Shown here: piece after piece, positions 40,743 to 52,204 of the stretch | How positions within the stretch are numbered: position 1 is the first letter of the stretch | Layout of the letters: the number at the start of each line of letters is the position of its first letter | Assembly (NCBI GenBank): GCA_963665115.1 | Contig: OY762007.1 | Coordinates: forward strand, 2,240,001-2,304,000 | Length of the DNA stretch: 64,000 nt | Source of the DNA: an uncultured Rivularia sp. | GTDB taxonomy: Bacteria; Cyanobacteriota; Cyanobacteriia; Cyanobacteriales; Nostocaceae | Reading direction: 5' to 3' | The notes under the pieces: model-generated | Told to the model about the DNA's origin: nothing | What the model saw: the letters and a program-made list of their open reading frames with translations, nothing else | Database searches by the model: none | Program-made: the position numbers and the translations under genes

Positions 40743-42503
40743 TGTACGACTTAACTAAATTTACTCTTAGGGATATGTCAGAGTGCGGTTTAGCGCTACG
40801 ACAAATTGCAGAAAAATCTGATTGCATGGAAGATGCTAGTAATTTAATTATCAAATATTTTTACGAAAATTTTATTAATAAAGATACTGGAGAAAAATCT
40901 TGCATTCTTGTACGCTTTTTTAAAACTCATACCTACGAGAAACTAACTCCCGAATTACAAGAATTTGCACGGGATATATTAGCTCAAAACAAGGTTGCCG
41001 ATGATTTAAAATGTTTGACTTTACTATCTACTGCGGGTGAACTTCCAGAATGGAATTCTCGCTATAAATCAACAGCACACAAAGCAATACCACTTGCAAG
41101 TGAAGATTCTATACATCGCATACCAATGATTTCGCAATTGATTAGACAAATGGGTTTAAATCCTGGAACACTATTACAAACCGATGCCGATTTATTAATT
41201 GATAGCGAACAGAAGATGTATAACGTATTTTATGTTCCTAATGCTTTGGGTAGCTCTTATATTCCTTGCCAAACATCTTTCGTAATTCCGTTCGGAGTCA
41301 AATCTGTGATTGGATTTGGTGGATTATTGCCTACTGGCAATATGTTTACGATTTTGATGTTTTTGAGGATAGTAGTTTCCGCAAACAATTGTAGATTTAA
41401 TACGTCCTTTAGCCCTAAATGTTAAAACTGCGATTCTTCCTTTTGATGACGGCAGAATTTTCAAAGAACCTCATCAAGTATCTATTAACGAAGACAATAT
41501 TTTACAGCGCCTAAATTCTAAAGTTGGCACTTTAAATCAGTTACTAAATGTTTCCGAACAATCCACTATTACTCAGTCAGATCGTTTAGAGAAAGCAATT
41601 ATCAACCTTGAGCAAACTTTGAATCAGCTTCAGAAAACTCAAATTCAACTAGTACATAATGAAAAAATGTCTAGTTTAGGTCAGATGGTGGCAGGTGTTG
41701 CTCATGAAATTAATAATCCTGTAAGCTTTATTCATGGAAATCTTAACTACGTAGAGGAATACAGCCAAACTTTACTCAAATTAATCCACTTGTATCAACA
41801 GAAAGATGCCGACGATTTAGAACAAATTCAACAAGAACTTGATTTTGAAGAATTAGATTTTATCAAAGAAGACTTTATCCAAATTATTCGGTCGATGAAG
41901 GTAGGAACTGAACGTATTCAAGAAATTGTTAAATCTCTAAGAATTTTTTCTCGCTTAGACGAAGCAGAAATTAAACGGGTTGATATTCATTTAGGTATCG
42001 ATAGTACTTTGATGATTTTACAAAGTCGTTTAAAAGATCAATCCACTCATTCAAATATTGAAGTAATAAAAGAATATGGCAAATTACCAGAAATAGATTG
42101 CTATCCCGGTCAACTAAATCAAGTATTCATGAATATTATTGCTAATGCGATTGATGCTTTAGAAGAACAAATAGGTAATAGAGGATGGGCAACAGAAGAT
42201 AATAAAAAAGAATGGAACAAAGATATTTTTAAACCTTTTCAAATTCGTATTCGTACTAAAGTTTTAAATGAAAAATGGATATCTGTTAGTATTTCTGATA
42301 ATGGTTTGGGGATGACAGAAGAAGTTAGTTCTAAATTATTCGATCCATTTTTTACAACTAAAGAAGTCGGAAAAGGTACGGGATTGGGATTATCTATCAG
42401 TCATCAAATTGTAGTAGAAAAACATGGCGGACAACTCAAATGTAATTCTGTACTTGGAGAAGGTACGGAATTTGTAATAATGCTTCCGATTAATTCGCTT
42501 TAA
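40743..42503 (+). CDS. Cytoplasmic sensor histidine kinase, +1 frameshift near 41377
   Basis: H-box GVAHEINNP, N-box NIIANAIDA, DNGLG, FDPFFTTK and GTGLGL. Removing one T of AGTTTCC fuses the 240-aa ORF via ...PLALNVKTAILPF... to the kinase ORF. Confidence 0.85.
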
Positions 42504-42534
42504 AGAAAGTGCTGTATGATTTTACTTCACTAGA

Positions 42535-42589
42535 TTCGTAGTAAGGAATTTAGTCTTCAGATTAAGAGAACTGAAGTTCTTACTACAAA
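42535..42589. repeat. REP-like inverted repeat between convergent genes
   Basis: TTCGTAGTAAG ... CTTACTACAAA. Confidence 0.75.
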
Positions 42590-42605
42590 CCATTATAAAG
42601 CCTTA

Positions 42606-43742
42606 TCAAAGTTTCGTTTTTAGTCTTGCATTAACCGTTGGCGATCGACTTTCCCAAAGACGAACTGTTTTATCGAAACCACCGCTAGCAAGAGTTTTTC
42701 CGTCAGGGCTGAAAGCGAGGGAACTTACCCAGTCTGAATGCCCGTAAAGCGTACTTAATAAACTACCTGTATTCAAATCCCAGATTTTTATCCCGTCTTT
42801 ACCACCGCTAGCTAAAGTTTGTCCGTCTGGATTAACTGCGATCGCAATCACTGAGTTAGTATGCCCGGTGAAGGTTTGCAATACTTCTCCAGAATTGAAA
42901 TTCCACATTTTCACAACGCGATCGCTACTAGCGGTAATCACATTATTTCCATCCGGTGTAAAGGCTATAGCTTTAACTTCCCTCTGATGCGCTTGGAATC
43001 CGCGAATCAACCTTCCACTTTGCAAATCCCACAGTTTCACAATACCTTTATTGTCGCCGCTAATTAATGTTCTACCATCGGGGCTAATTGCTACGGTGTA
43101 AATTAAATTATCAAACTTTGCTAATCTCCCCAAAGGACGTTGTTGCAACAAATCCCATATCCTAATTCCATCTAAAGCACCGCTAACAAGAACTTTACTA
43201 TCTGGAGTCACCGCGATTGAAAGTACGTTACTGCTATGTGCCCTAAAGGAACGGATAAATTTGTAGCTTTCCAAACTCCAAATATTAACGGAGTTATCAG
43301 TACTACAACTGACTAAATGTCTACCATCTGGGGAAATTAACAAAGATTGTATCGATTCTTGATGTGCTTTACGAATCTCACCCAAGCGTTTCTTCTTTTT
43401 CAAATTCCATAAACGAATAATACCATCGTTGTTAGAACCTCCGCTGACAAGCATTCTACCGTCAGGGCTGAAAGTTACAGCTTTAACGGCTCCTTTATGG
43501 CCTTTAAAAGTATGACTTAATTGAGGATTCGTAAAATTATTTGCAGCAGTTGAACCTATAATAACTTGTGCAGTAGCTGGCTCAGTCAATGGTAATTGAG
43601 TAATACCCACAATACCTACTGCTCCCATTAATACCGGCATAAGGTTTTTTGCGACAAATATTTTAGATTTAGAAGCTAAGATCTCAAATACAGAGGAATT
43701 AATAAAGCTGGACTTTATAAAGTTATGATGAAATATTTTCAT
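42606..43742 (-). CDS. WD40 repeat protein (7-bladed), probably secreted
   Basis: Seven GH/AH...WD/WN repeats; N-terminal hydrophobic segment ending ATAQ. Confidence 0.9.
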   Translation of the reverse strand: MKIFHHNFIKSSFINSSVFEILASKSKIFVAKNLMPVLMGAVGIVGITQLPLTEPATAQVIIGSTAANNFTNPQLSHTFKGHKGAVKAVTFSPDGRMLVSGGSNNDGIIRLWNLKKKKRLGEIRKAHQESIQSLLISPDGRHLVSCSTDNSVNIWSLESYKFIRSFRAHSSNVLSIAVTPDSKVLVSGALDGIRIWDLLQQRPLGRLAKFDNLIYTVAISPDGRTLISGDNKGIVKLWDLQSGRLIRGFQAHQREVKAIAFTPDGNNVITASSDRVVKMWNFNSGEVLQTFTGHTNSVIAIAVNPDGQTLASGGKDGIKIWDLNTGSLLSTLYGHSDWVSSLAFSPDGKTLASGGFDKTVRLWESRSPTVNARLKTKL

Positions 43743-43886
43743 GGTTTACAAAATAATCTAAGCAAATACCCTTAAAAAGCATAAAAGAGGGTTTCCCCTC
43801 CTCAAAATCTATTTTGCCTTGTACATCAAAGGTTTGCCAATAGACAGTAATTTTCGATAATTGATATTTCTTTCCTAAAAATGTTT

Positions 43887-43912
43887 GAGACGTTGCATTA
43901 CAACGTCTCTAC
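43887..43912. repeat. REP-like palindrome
   Basis: GAGACGTTG-CATTA-CAACGTCTC followed by TAC. Confidence 0.7.
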
Positions 43913-43961
43913 ATTGTTTATGTAGCTTTTTATTCAACTTTTCAACTTCGATCTTTAATGC

Positions 43962-44264
43962 CTACTGTGGTGGTTTCTTCTTAGAGATACTCAACATTGG
44001 CAACGACGAATTAGATGAATGGGGAGGTAAATATAATTGTTTTGCAGGTTCATCCGAATTTTGTAAAGTAGGACTTTGTTTAATCCGCAACCACCTGATA
44101 ATTAAGGCTGTTCCAGCAGTTCCTAAGCCAAAAACAAACAGTGCCCAACTGTCATCGAATCCACCTATGAGTGCATCCACTATTCCCATCGTGATTAATA
44201 TGGTGATTAGCGGTTCTTTACGGTAGGCTGATTTTACAATACGAGGAAATACAGCATTCATCAC
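43962..44264 (-). CDS. Conserved cyanobacterial two-TM hypothetical protein
   Basis: KSAYRKEP...MGIVDALIGG; proline-rich tail. Confidence 0.7.
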   Translation of the reverse strand: MMNAVFPRIVKSAYRKEPLITILITMGIVDALIGGFDDSWALFVFGLGTAGTALIIRWLRIKQSPTLQNSDEPAKQLYLPPHSSNSSLPMLSISKKKPPQ

Positions 44265-44771
44265 AGCGTGTTTTCAGTTCCCCTTAAGTTAATTGTTTAC
44301 TAATATAGCGATATTGCATTATAGACGCTTAATATCAAAGCATTAATACTATTATAATTTTATTCAACAGGCAAGTAAGGAATTCCCTAACTTTACTAAA
44401 AGTTTAGCTTCTATTCAGTTTAGCTATTATCCCTCGTCTTTATATTTAATTGCAAGTTCACAATAGCACTTATATCAAAGACAGGGAATAGGGAGTAAGA
44501 GATTGTAGGGCAAGGGGAGATGAATATATTATTTTGATTTTGTCTCGACCGTTTTTCTTGCTTAACTAAAAAATAATTCCTCTTTAGCGGATAATTTCAA
44601 CGTAAAAGTTAGGATTAGAAGCAAGATAGTTTTTATTTAAGTACTTGTGCAAAATTAATTAAATATTTTCTTTGGCTAGGGAACATTCATATCACTGAGC
44701 AGTAAATATATAAATAATGCAGGCTTGACTACTTAAATTAAATTTTAGAGACAAATCTTGAGGGAATCGAA

Positions 44772-44837
44772 AAAACCGGGTTTTTAAATGAATCGATCGG
44801 TTTTTCTAGTTCACTCATTATCAAAAAACCCGGTTTT
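44772..44837. repeat. Inverted repeat pair downstream of hliD
   Basis: AAAACCGGGTTTTT ... AAAAACCCGGTTTT. Confidence 0.65.
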
Positions 44838-44905
44838 AACTAAAAGTAATGCTTTCTAATTACTCACCGCCGCGATCGCACTCTTATTTGTTGCCTAAAA
44901 AAAGA

Positions 44906-45082
44906 CTATCTCAGCCCCAACCATGCTAAAACACCTTGATTGGTTATACATTCAATCGCCACCATTATCACAAAACCAATCATTGCAGCTCTACCATTTA
45001 AACGTTCTGCATACTCGTTAAAGCCTAATTTTGGTTCTTCCAATCTGGGTGTAACGGTTGGTTGTGGTTGCTGTACTGTCAT
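44906..45082 (-). CDS. hliD: High light-inducible protein (HliD/ScpE type)
   Basis: AERLNGRAAMIGF chlorophyll-binding motif; C-terminal TNQGVLAWLGLR; AAGGAGGT RBS. Confidence 0.88.
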   Translation of the reverse strand: MTVQQPQPTVTPRLEEPKLGFNEYAERLNGRAAMIGFVIMVAIECITNQGVLAWLGLR

Positions 45083-45186
45083 TGAAAATACCTCCTTATA
45101 TAAAGATCGACATATTCGATCGGATTTAAATTTTAATTGCACTGCTTGAACTAGCAATATTCAAAATTAAGGCAATACAACTACAA

Positions 45187-45204
45187 TTTACAAAATTTTA
45201 CTAT
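45187..45204. promoter_or_regulatory. HLR1-like direct repeat (RpaB site) upstream of hliD
   Basis: TTTACAAA-AT-TTTACTAT fits (G/T)TTACA(T/A)(T/A)-N2 repeat with one mismatch; overlaps a minus-strand TAAAAT -10. Confidence 0.6.
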
Positions 45205-45383
45205 TTTTTATATAACGTAACAAGGCGCTGGTGGTGGTTAAAACAGCTAATTGTAAGGCTCCGCCGAAGAATTGAGGGTATGTAAGATGAAATTGGTAGT
45301 ATTTAATTCAGCATGACTGCTATTAAATTGACAGACTACAGTTAAAGCAATATTGAAGCTGTAAGTTAATTTAGGGGCAGTAT

Positions 45384-46473
45384 ATGGAAATCGGTGTTCC
45401 CAAGGAAACAAAAGATAGAGAGTTTCGAGTAGGGTTAAGTCCTTCCAGTGTCAGGGTTTTAAAGGAAGCAGGCCATAATATTTTTGTAGAAACCAAAGCC
45501 GGTACTGGTGCTGGATTTACAGATGACAATTACGTAAGTGCGGGCGCACAAATTGTTACCACACCTGAAACTGCTTGGAATCGTGAATTAATTGTAAAAG
45601 TCAAAGAAACCGCTACAGGCAGAATATAAATTTTTGCAAAAAGGGCAATTACTATTTACTTATTTACATTTAGCAGCAGATAGAAAATTAACTGAACATT
45701 TAATTGATTGTGGTGTAACGGCGATCGCCTACGAAACAGTAGAGCAACCTGGTGCGAATAAGTTACCTTTGCTTACTCCGATGAGTATAATTGCCGGTCG
45801 TCTTTCGGTACAGTTTGGTGCTAGATACCTTGAAAGTCAGCAAGGTGGAAGAGGGGTACTTTTAGGTGGAGTACCAGGAGTTAAACCGGGTAAAGTCGTA
45901 ATTTTAGGTGGTGGTGTAGTTGGTACCGAAGCTGCAAAAATTGCCGTCGGCATGGGTGCTACAGTACAAATTTTAGATATTAACGTCGAACGCTTATCTT
46001 ATTTAGAAACATTATTCGGTTCCAGAGTTGAACTGCTTTATAGTAATTCTGCCTATATTGAAGAAGTAGTTCCTCAAGCGGATTTACTTATAGGTGCAGT
46101 TTTAGTCTTAGGAAGACGAGCGCCTACCTTAGTATCTCGCGAATTGATCAAAAAGATGAAGCCCGGTGCAGTAATTGTAGATGTTGCCGTCGATCAAGGT
46201 GGATGTATTGAGACTTTACACCCTACATCTCATACAAATCCAGTTTATGAAGAAGAAGGAGTAATACATTACGGCGTACCTAATATGCCAGGTGCCGTAC
46301 CAAGGAGTGCAACTCAGGCACTAAACAATAGTACTTTACCCTATGTACGACAGTTAGCGAATGAGGGAATAAAAGCTTTGGTTAATAATCCAGCATTAGC
46401 GAAAGGATTAAATGTAGATCATCATAAAATCGTGCATCCAGCCGTAAAAGAAGTATTTCCAGATTTGGTTTAA
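45384..46473 (+). CDS. ald: Alanine dehydrogenase, +1 frameshift near 45608
   Basis: MEIGVPKE, KVKEP, FTYLHLA, ILGGGVVG, DVAVDQGG and VPNMPG motifs. Removing one A of GAAACC restores KEPLQAEY. Confidence 0.93.
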
Positions 46474-46616
46474 GATAATTGCAAAATGCCCGCAGCCTCC
46501 AAGGCTGGGGCTACAATTACAAAGATCGAGGGACGATCTAAGCTATATTTTTTTAATAAGGAAAGCAAATTACGTTAAAAATTGGGTTTTAAATTGGAAT
46601 AAAAATTTTTTAATAC

Positions 46617-46727
46617 CTAGTACCGCTGCGCGGAAGTAAAAAGTCAAAAGTAAGAAGTAAAAAGTATTATATGATAAGGCTTTCAAACTTTTTAAATGGG
46701 TGCTTTATTTACGCCGTACTGTACTAG
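46617..46727. mobile_element. MITE with CTAGTAC terminal inverted repeats
   Basis: CTAGTACCGCTGCGCGGAA ... TTTACGCCGTACTGTACTAG; internal AAAAGT(A/C) heptamers; 111 bp. Confidence 0.75.
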
Positions 46728-47096
46728 CACGCTAAAACCTTGCTATAAAAGGCTTTAATATATATTATACGATAATTATCTCAAAAAAAAACTCAGATTA
46801 CTTATTAATACTGTCTTATTTACTGTTCCCTCTTGTACAACTTTTTAATTAGCGTACCGAGTACAGAATAACCTTTTTTTATAATTATTTTGAAATCAAG
46901 TTTTTCCTTAATCTATCAAAGAAGTAATTTATTCATCGTCCTAAAACAATTAAAAATTAAAAATTACCATTACCTGAAGTCTGAAGCTTAAAGCGGTATA
47001 ATAATTCTTTTATATTTTTCTCCTTAAAAGGAGAGGCTTGTATCCTTAATTTTGAATTCAAAAAATGATCAACTAGTATTTAGAGGGAACAATAAA

Positions 47097-48062
47097 ATGC
47101 CGAAAATATCTGTTATAATTCCCGCTTATAATGCAATGAATTATCTTCCAGATACTTTAGATAATCTTCTGAAGCAAACATATAATGATTTTGAAATAAT
47201 TATTGTTAATGATGGTAGTTCCGATAGCATTGAACAATGGTTTTCTCAACTCCAAGATCGGCGAGTTAAGCTGATTTCTCAAGAAAATCAAGGGGCGGGA
47301 TTAGCAAGAAATACAGGTATAATTAATGCCAAAGGCGAATATTTAGCATTTTTAGATGCAGATGATATTTGGGAATCAACAAAACTGGAAAAACAACTAC
47401 GTATTTTGGAAGAAAATCCAGAAGTTGGATTAGTATATACTTGGGTCGAATATATTAGTGAAACAGGTCAATCTACAGGTAGAATTGTTAAGCATCAGGC
47501 TGAAGGTAATGTTTGGGAAAAACTCATAAAATGTAATCTTGTTGAATGCGGTAGCGTTGCAATGGTTCGTCGCAGTTGTTTTGATGATGTTGGCATATTC
47601 GATCGGAATTTAAGTTCATTTGTTGAAGATTGGGATATGTGGCTGCGTATTGCTTCCCGTTTTCCTTTTAAAGTGGCTAAGGAAGTTTTAGTATATTATC
47701 GACAACACCCCAATGGGGGTTCTAAAAATTGGCCATCGATGGAAGAAAACTATAAAATAGTGATTGAAAAAGCTTTTTCTTCTGCTCCAAATAAATTAGA
47801 ACATTTGAAGAATAAATCCTATACATCAGCTTATCTCTGTCTAGCTTGGAAGCCCTTACAAAGCAGCATTCAAGACTATAAAAAAGCTATTTATTTTCGT
47901 AGTTTAGCAATTAAATACTATCCCCAGACTTGTTTATCTAAAGAATTTTTCAGACTGAGTTTAGCAATCGAGATTCAGCGCTGGTTGGGAAATGAAGCTT
48001 ATCAAAAGTTTCTCAAGTTATTTTTTCTACTGCGGAGATGTACGACAGCAATTAGTAAATAA
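47097..48062 (+). CDS. Glycosyltransferase family 2
   Basis: SVIIPAYN, NDGSSD, FLDADD and EDWDMW motifs. Confidence 0.92.
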   Translation: MPKISVIIPAYNAMNYLPDTLDNLLKQTYNDFEIIIVNDGSSDSIEQWFSQLQDRRVKLISQENQGAGLARNTGIINAKGEYLAFLDADDIWESTKLEKQLRILEENPEVGLVYTWVEYISETGQSTGRIVKHQAEGNVWEKLIKCNLVECGSVAMVRRSCFDDVGIFDRNLSSFVEDWDMWLRIASRFPFKVAKEVLVYYRQHPNGGSKNWPSMEENYKIVIEKAFSSAPNKLEHLKNKSYTSAYLCLAWKPLQSSIQDYKKAIYFRSLAIKYYPQTCLSKEFFRLSLAIEIQRWLGNEAYQKFLKLFFLLRRCTTAISK

Positions 48063-48161
48063 TATTAGCCCTTTAGGTTATAGCCGTACCTAGTGTGCGA
48101 AAAATACAATCAAAATCATCTACGGATTTTATCAGGCTAACTCAACCTTTAACCTTTAACC

Positions 48162-49548
48162 TCAAGACCGTAATATTTGATAATATCCCCACAAATTCTT
48201 TCTTTCTTTTGTCGATATCAATGGCAGCATTAATAATAATATAGAGAAGTAACGCAATGGACTTTCAACTGTACCTAAAAACAATACAGTTACCGAAAGA
48301 GTAAACCAGATCGAAGGGGTAATATAATTTGGTTTACCAAGTTCTTTTGAAACATATAAATGTAGAACAATATAACTGATTAAAGTACAGACTTCAGCCC
48401 ATCCATATCCAACTATGCCGATACGAGGTACTAGTAACAACGCAGTTCCCCCGAGTATGACTACATTAATTAAATGAAACCAAGCAACTTGCATATTTTT
48501 GCTTAATAAATAAAGAGCGGAAATATGTAAATTAAATATTGAATTGGCTATATAGCTAACTGCAATAAATGGATACACATCTAATACCGGGTCCCATTTT
48601 TGACCAAAAACAATACTCAAGACTATTGGTGCTATTAGGGAAAAACACGCCATTGGTAATCCGACTATCAAAGCTAATAAATGCATTCCTTCTTCAACGC
48701 TATAAAGCAAGCGAGCTTTATTGTCTTTAAATTTCGCTAAAGCCGCCATTGCTAAACGCCAAGCAATATATTTTACGAAGGAAAGTATTTCTACCAAGCG
48801 GATGGCTAAAGCGACAAAAGCAACAGCTTCTGCACCAGCAAAACGTCCTACAACTACCAGATTTACCAGCGATCGCAATTCCCAAGTCCAGCTAGAAGCG
48901 GAATAGGTAAAGCCAAAGCTCAACATTTGTTTTGCTAATTTCGGGTTCCAGCACAAGCCGAATTTTAAATTAGCACCTAACTGACTAAGTATAAAGAAGA
49001 TATGTTGTTGAACTAATAAACCTACTGCGTGCGACCAAGCACCAGCCCCTTGAAACGCCAACGGTATGGCAATTACGTAGTAGCTAATTTGACTTATTAA
49101 CTCATTGAAAGCAACACGTTTATAATTCAGGTCGCGTTCGAGTTTCACCGTCGAAGGTACTTTTAAAAGAGTCGGAGGAATTGTAAAAGCTAAGGCTAAT
49201 AAAAGTGGTGAAACTTGCTCAATTCTGAGAAAACCAGCAATAATATCTCGGAAGAACGCCATACCCAAAGTCAGAACTATACTGATACCAAGTAAAATTG
49301 TGAAAGCTTGATTGTACTCTTTCTGGTCTGGATTCTCAGTTTGACGCACCAGATAAACATCCAAACCCCAAGGGCCCTAAACGGTGAAGAAAAACAGCGA
49401 TTCCCGAAGCAGCACCAAAAAAACCAAATTGCTCCGGGCCAATAATTCGCGTCACAAAGATAATGCTCGACAAGCTGAGTAAAATACCCAAACCTTGGCG
49501 GATAACCATAATAAATCCGCCTTTTACGGCTTGATTACGTAATCCCAT
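48162..49548 (-). CDS. wzx: Oligosaccharide flippase (Wzx), +1 frameshift near 49367
   Basis: MGLRNQAVKGG...TRIIGPEQFG N-terminus joins the multi-TM ORF after removing one G (LGLDVYLV). Confidence 0.85.
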
Positions 49549-49664
49549 ATATATTTAAAATATTATGTATGTTTGCAATGGATTTGGGCATTGGGAATTG
49601 GGCATTGGGCATTCTTTACTACTCCTTACTCCCTACTTACTACTCCCAACTTATTTAAGGACTA

Positions 49665-50624
49665 TCATGAAACGGTACCAGCCCTAAGCTTACCCAAGGT
49701 TTTCTTCAATCCTCGGACTTTGCCGTAAGTTTGAGGTCCAAATAAAGCTAATATCATGATGGCGACACTCAAACGTAGATATATTGATGTAAAACGTATT
49801 TCAGGGTAATGGTGTACGGCCTGTTGACGGTAATACGCTGCTTGTTTGTAGTCTTTTTCTTCGTCATTAGCCAACCAAGCGGCTAAGATATTCATCCATC
49901 CATAGCTGCGGTTTTTTAAATAAAGTAATTTTTCTGGGACATTTTGAAAGGTTTTTTCTATTACCCTAGATAGTTCGGGAACTATTTTTTTATTGCTTTT
50001 AGTTGTATTCTGAGGATGCCTTCTATAGAGAGTTAAAGGTTCTTTGATTACTGCAAAAGGATAACAGCTCGCGATACGAGTCCACATATCCCTATCTTCA
50101 CCAATAGATAAATCTGAATCGAACAGACCTACTTTATCAAAGCATTCAGCCCGAATCATTGTAGAACTACCAGTGGATATCATATCTCGAACCACGATTT
50201 TTTCCCATACATTTCCCTCAATATGAGAAATAAGTGATACCCCTATAGGCTGACTAAATTGGTCTATAAAAGCTGTCCAGGTATAAGCTAAACCTACTTT
50301 GGGACTAGCTTCGAGACGATTCACTTGTTTTTCTAACTTTGTCGATTCCCATAAATCATCAGCATCAAGAAAAGCTATATACTTCCCTTGAGAGTTGCGA
50401 ATTCCCGTATTTCGTGCTGCGGACACACCCTGATTTGCTTGCGAAATCAACTTGACTCGCGAGTCTGTTATTTGTGAAACCCATTCCACAACATTATCTG
50501 AACTACCATCATTAATAATCAATATTTCAAAATCGCTGAAAGTCTGCTTAAAAACACTTTCTAGAGTTTCCGGCAGATAATTCATCGCGTTGTAAACTGG
50601 AATAATTACAGAAAGTTTTGGCAT
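49665..50624 (-). CDS. Glycosyltransferase family 2
   Basis: SVIIPVYN, NDGSSD, FLDADD and EDRDMW motifs. Confidence 0.92.
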   Translation of the reverse strand: MPKLSVIIPVYNAMNYLPETLESVFKQTFSDFEILIINDGSSDNVVEWVSQITDSRVKLISQANQGVSAARNTGIRNSQGKYIAFLDADDLWESTKLEKQVNRLEASPKVGLAYTWTAFIDQFSQPIGVSLISHIEGNVWEKIVVRDMISTGSSTMIRAECFDKVGLFDSDLSIGEDRDMWTRIASCYPFAVIKEPLTLYRRHPQNTTKSNKKIVPELSRVIEKTFQNVPEKLLYLKNRSYGWMNILAAWLANDEEKDYKQAAYYRQQAVHHYPEIRFTSIYLRLSVAIMILALFGPQTYGKVRGLKKTLGKLRAGTVS

Positions 50625-50702
50625 AGTTCGATTTTGGATTTTAGATTTTGGATTTTGGATTTTAATAACGGATATTTTTGGAGTTAGGGATTAGGAGTTA
50701 AA

Positions 50703-50890
50703 TTAGGTAAGTCGGCGTAAAATATAATTGTGTTCTGTCATTGCGTTACCCTAACGGTGAGGCAAGCTGAACACGGAGTGTTCCCAAAAGCGGGAATGGA
50801 GGCACGACGACGCATTCAGCCGAGCTGCGGTTAATCCCAATCGTTTTGAGGCTTTTACTTTCCGTTACATAGTTAGTACGAGCCTACTAA
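50703..50890. mobile_element. Degenerate MITE-like / composite mini-repeat element
   Basis: GC-rich island of short hairpins with weak terminal complementarity (GTAAGTCGGCGTAA ... TAGTACGAGCCTAC). Confidence 0.35.
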
Positions 50891-50965
50891 TTAAATTATT
50901 TTTAAAGCTATTTTTAAAGCTATTTTTAAGGCTATTTTTTAAATAAATTTATCAAATAATAATAT

Positions 50966-52150
50966 CTATCCAGCTTGCTCCTGCTTTCTTTTAATAGTTG
51001 CTAAAATCACATCTCTGTATTTTAAAGCAATAGTATCAGAATTAAATCTTAAAACGTTATTTATAGGTTTTTGTTGCCAATTTTGTTGCAATACTTTTAT
51101 TAATGTGTCTGCATATATTCGTGGGTTCGTAACATCACATAAGATACCGCTATTGCCGACAATATAACGCCGCATTTCGTCATCAGTTGCAACTATTGGT
51201 AAACCACTCGCCATCGCTTCAATATAAGCAAAACCAAAAGGTTCATTAATAGAAGGAAGTGTAAACATATCGGCACTACGATATACTTCGGGCATTCTTT
51301 TAAAAGGAAACGTACATATTTTAAATCGATTTGAACCGAGTAATTTATCGCCTCTAATTTTAAAATATTTTTTATCTGGCCCATCTCCGCATAGCAATAA
51401 ACTTGCTTCAGGCAAACGAGCAACCGCGTCGATAGCTAAATCTACTCTTTTATGATTATTACGATTTAAGGAAGCGACACACAATATAATTGGTTTTTTC
51501 AAACCAAATTCCATCTTGCTTCCTTTGGGATTAAACTGTTCTAAATCAACTCCATTGGGAATAATACTTACAGGTTGCGTTGATTTAATATTGCGAGCTA
51601 ATTTAGCAGTTTTATCATCATAAACTATTAAATGGTCGGGAGAAAAATGCAAATTGCGTTTCAAACATTTACCTCCAGCTAATAGATTATTATGTTCGGT
51701 ATAGAGTATAGGAATACCTTTTATCGCACGTACTAGAGCAGCAATTGCTAACCCACCATAATCATTACAAGGGAATATTAAATCGGTAGAATTATTTAAA
51801 CAATGAGTCACGCAGGGTAAAAAATTAGTTAGATGTTCAATTATAATTTCGGGATGATTTACAAAGCGATGTAATAAATTTTTAATCAACGGTTGATTGA
51901 TAAAATCATAAGTATAAGCGCGAGGAATACCACCAGAAGGAAGAGAAAATTCACCGCACTCAGCACCACTTAAAAGTTCTACGTCAAAGTAATTACTAAG
52001 ACGACGAGAAATTTCGATTGCAAAAACTTCTGAACCACCGCTCCAATTAACTCCCGCGCTGGGATGAATGATGGTTATTTTGTAAGAATGTTTTTTGTTA
52101 TTTAACAGTTGCTGCCGATTCTTTGTAGATTTGATTAGTTGTTGAATCAT
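50966..52150 (-). CDS. Glycosyltransferase family 4
   Basis: GGSE, IIPNGVD and EPFGFAYIEAMASG motifs. Confidence 0.9.
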   Translation of the reverse strand: MIQQLIKSTKNRQQLLNNKKHSYKITIIHPSAGVNWSGGSEVFAIEISRRLSNYFDVELLSGAECGEFSLPSGGIPRAYTYDFINQPLIKNLLHRFVNHPEIIIEHLTNFLPCVTHCLNNSTDLIFPCNDYGGLAIAALVRAIKGIPILYTEHNNLLAGGKCLKRNLHFSPDHLIVYDDKTAKLARNIKSTQPVSIIPNGVDLEQFNPKGSKMEFGLKKPIILCVASLNRNNHKRVDLAIDAVARLPEASLLLCGDGPDKKYFKIRGDKLLGSNRFKICTFPFKRMPEVYRSADMFTLPSINEPFGFAYIEAMASGLPIVATDDEMRRYIVGNSGILCDVTNPRIYADTLIKVLQQNWQQKPINNVLRFNSDTIALKYRDVILATIKRKQEQAG

Positions 52151-52204
52151 TCTATTTTACATTTTCAATTCCCAATTTCCAATTCCCAATTGCCCTTTAA
52201 TCTT

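Noticed and set aside
45600..45640. Programmed ribosomal frameshift in ald and the other split genes
   Set aside because: No slippery heptamer or stimulatory structure; the uniform +1 homopolymer pattern fits sequencing error.
50740..50845. GC-rich hairpin island as possible tRNA/ncRNA
   Set aside because: No cloverleaf, T-loop or CCA end; better explained as stacked mini-repeats.
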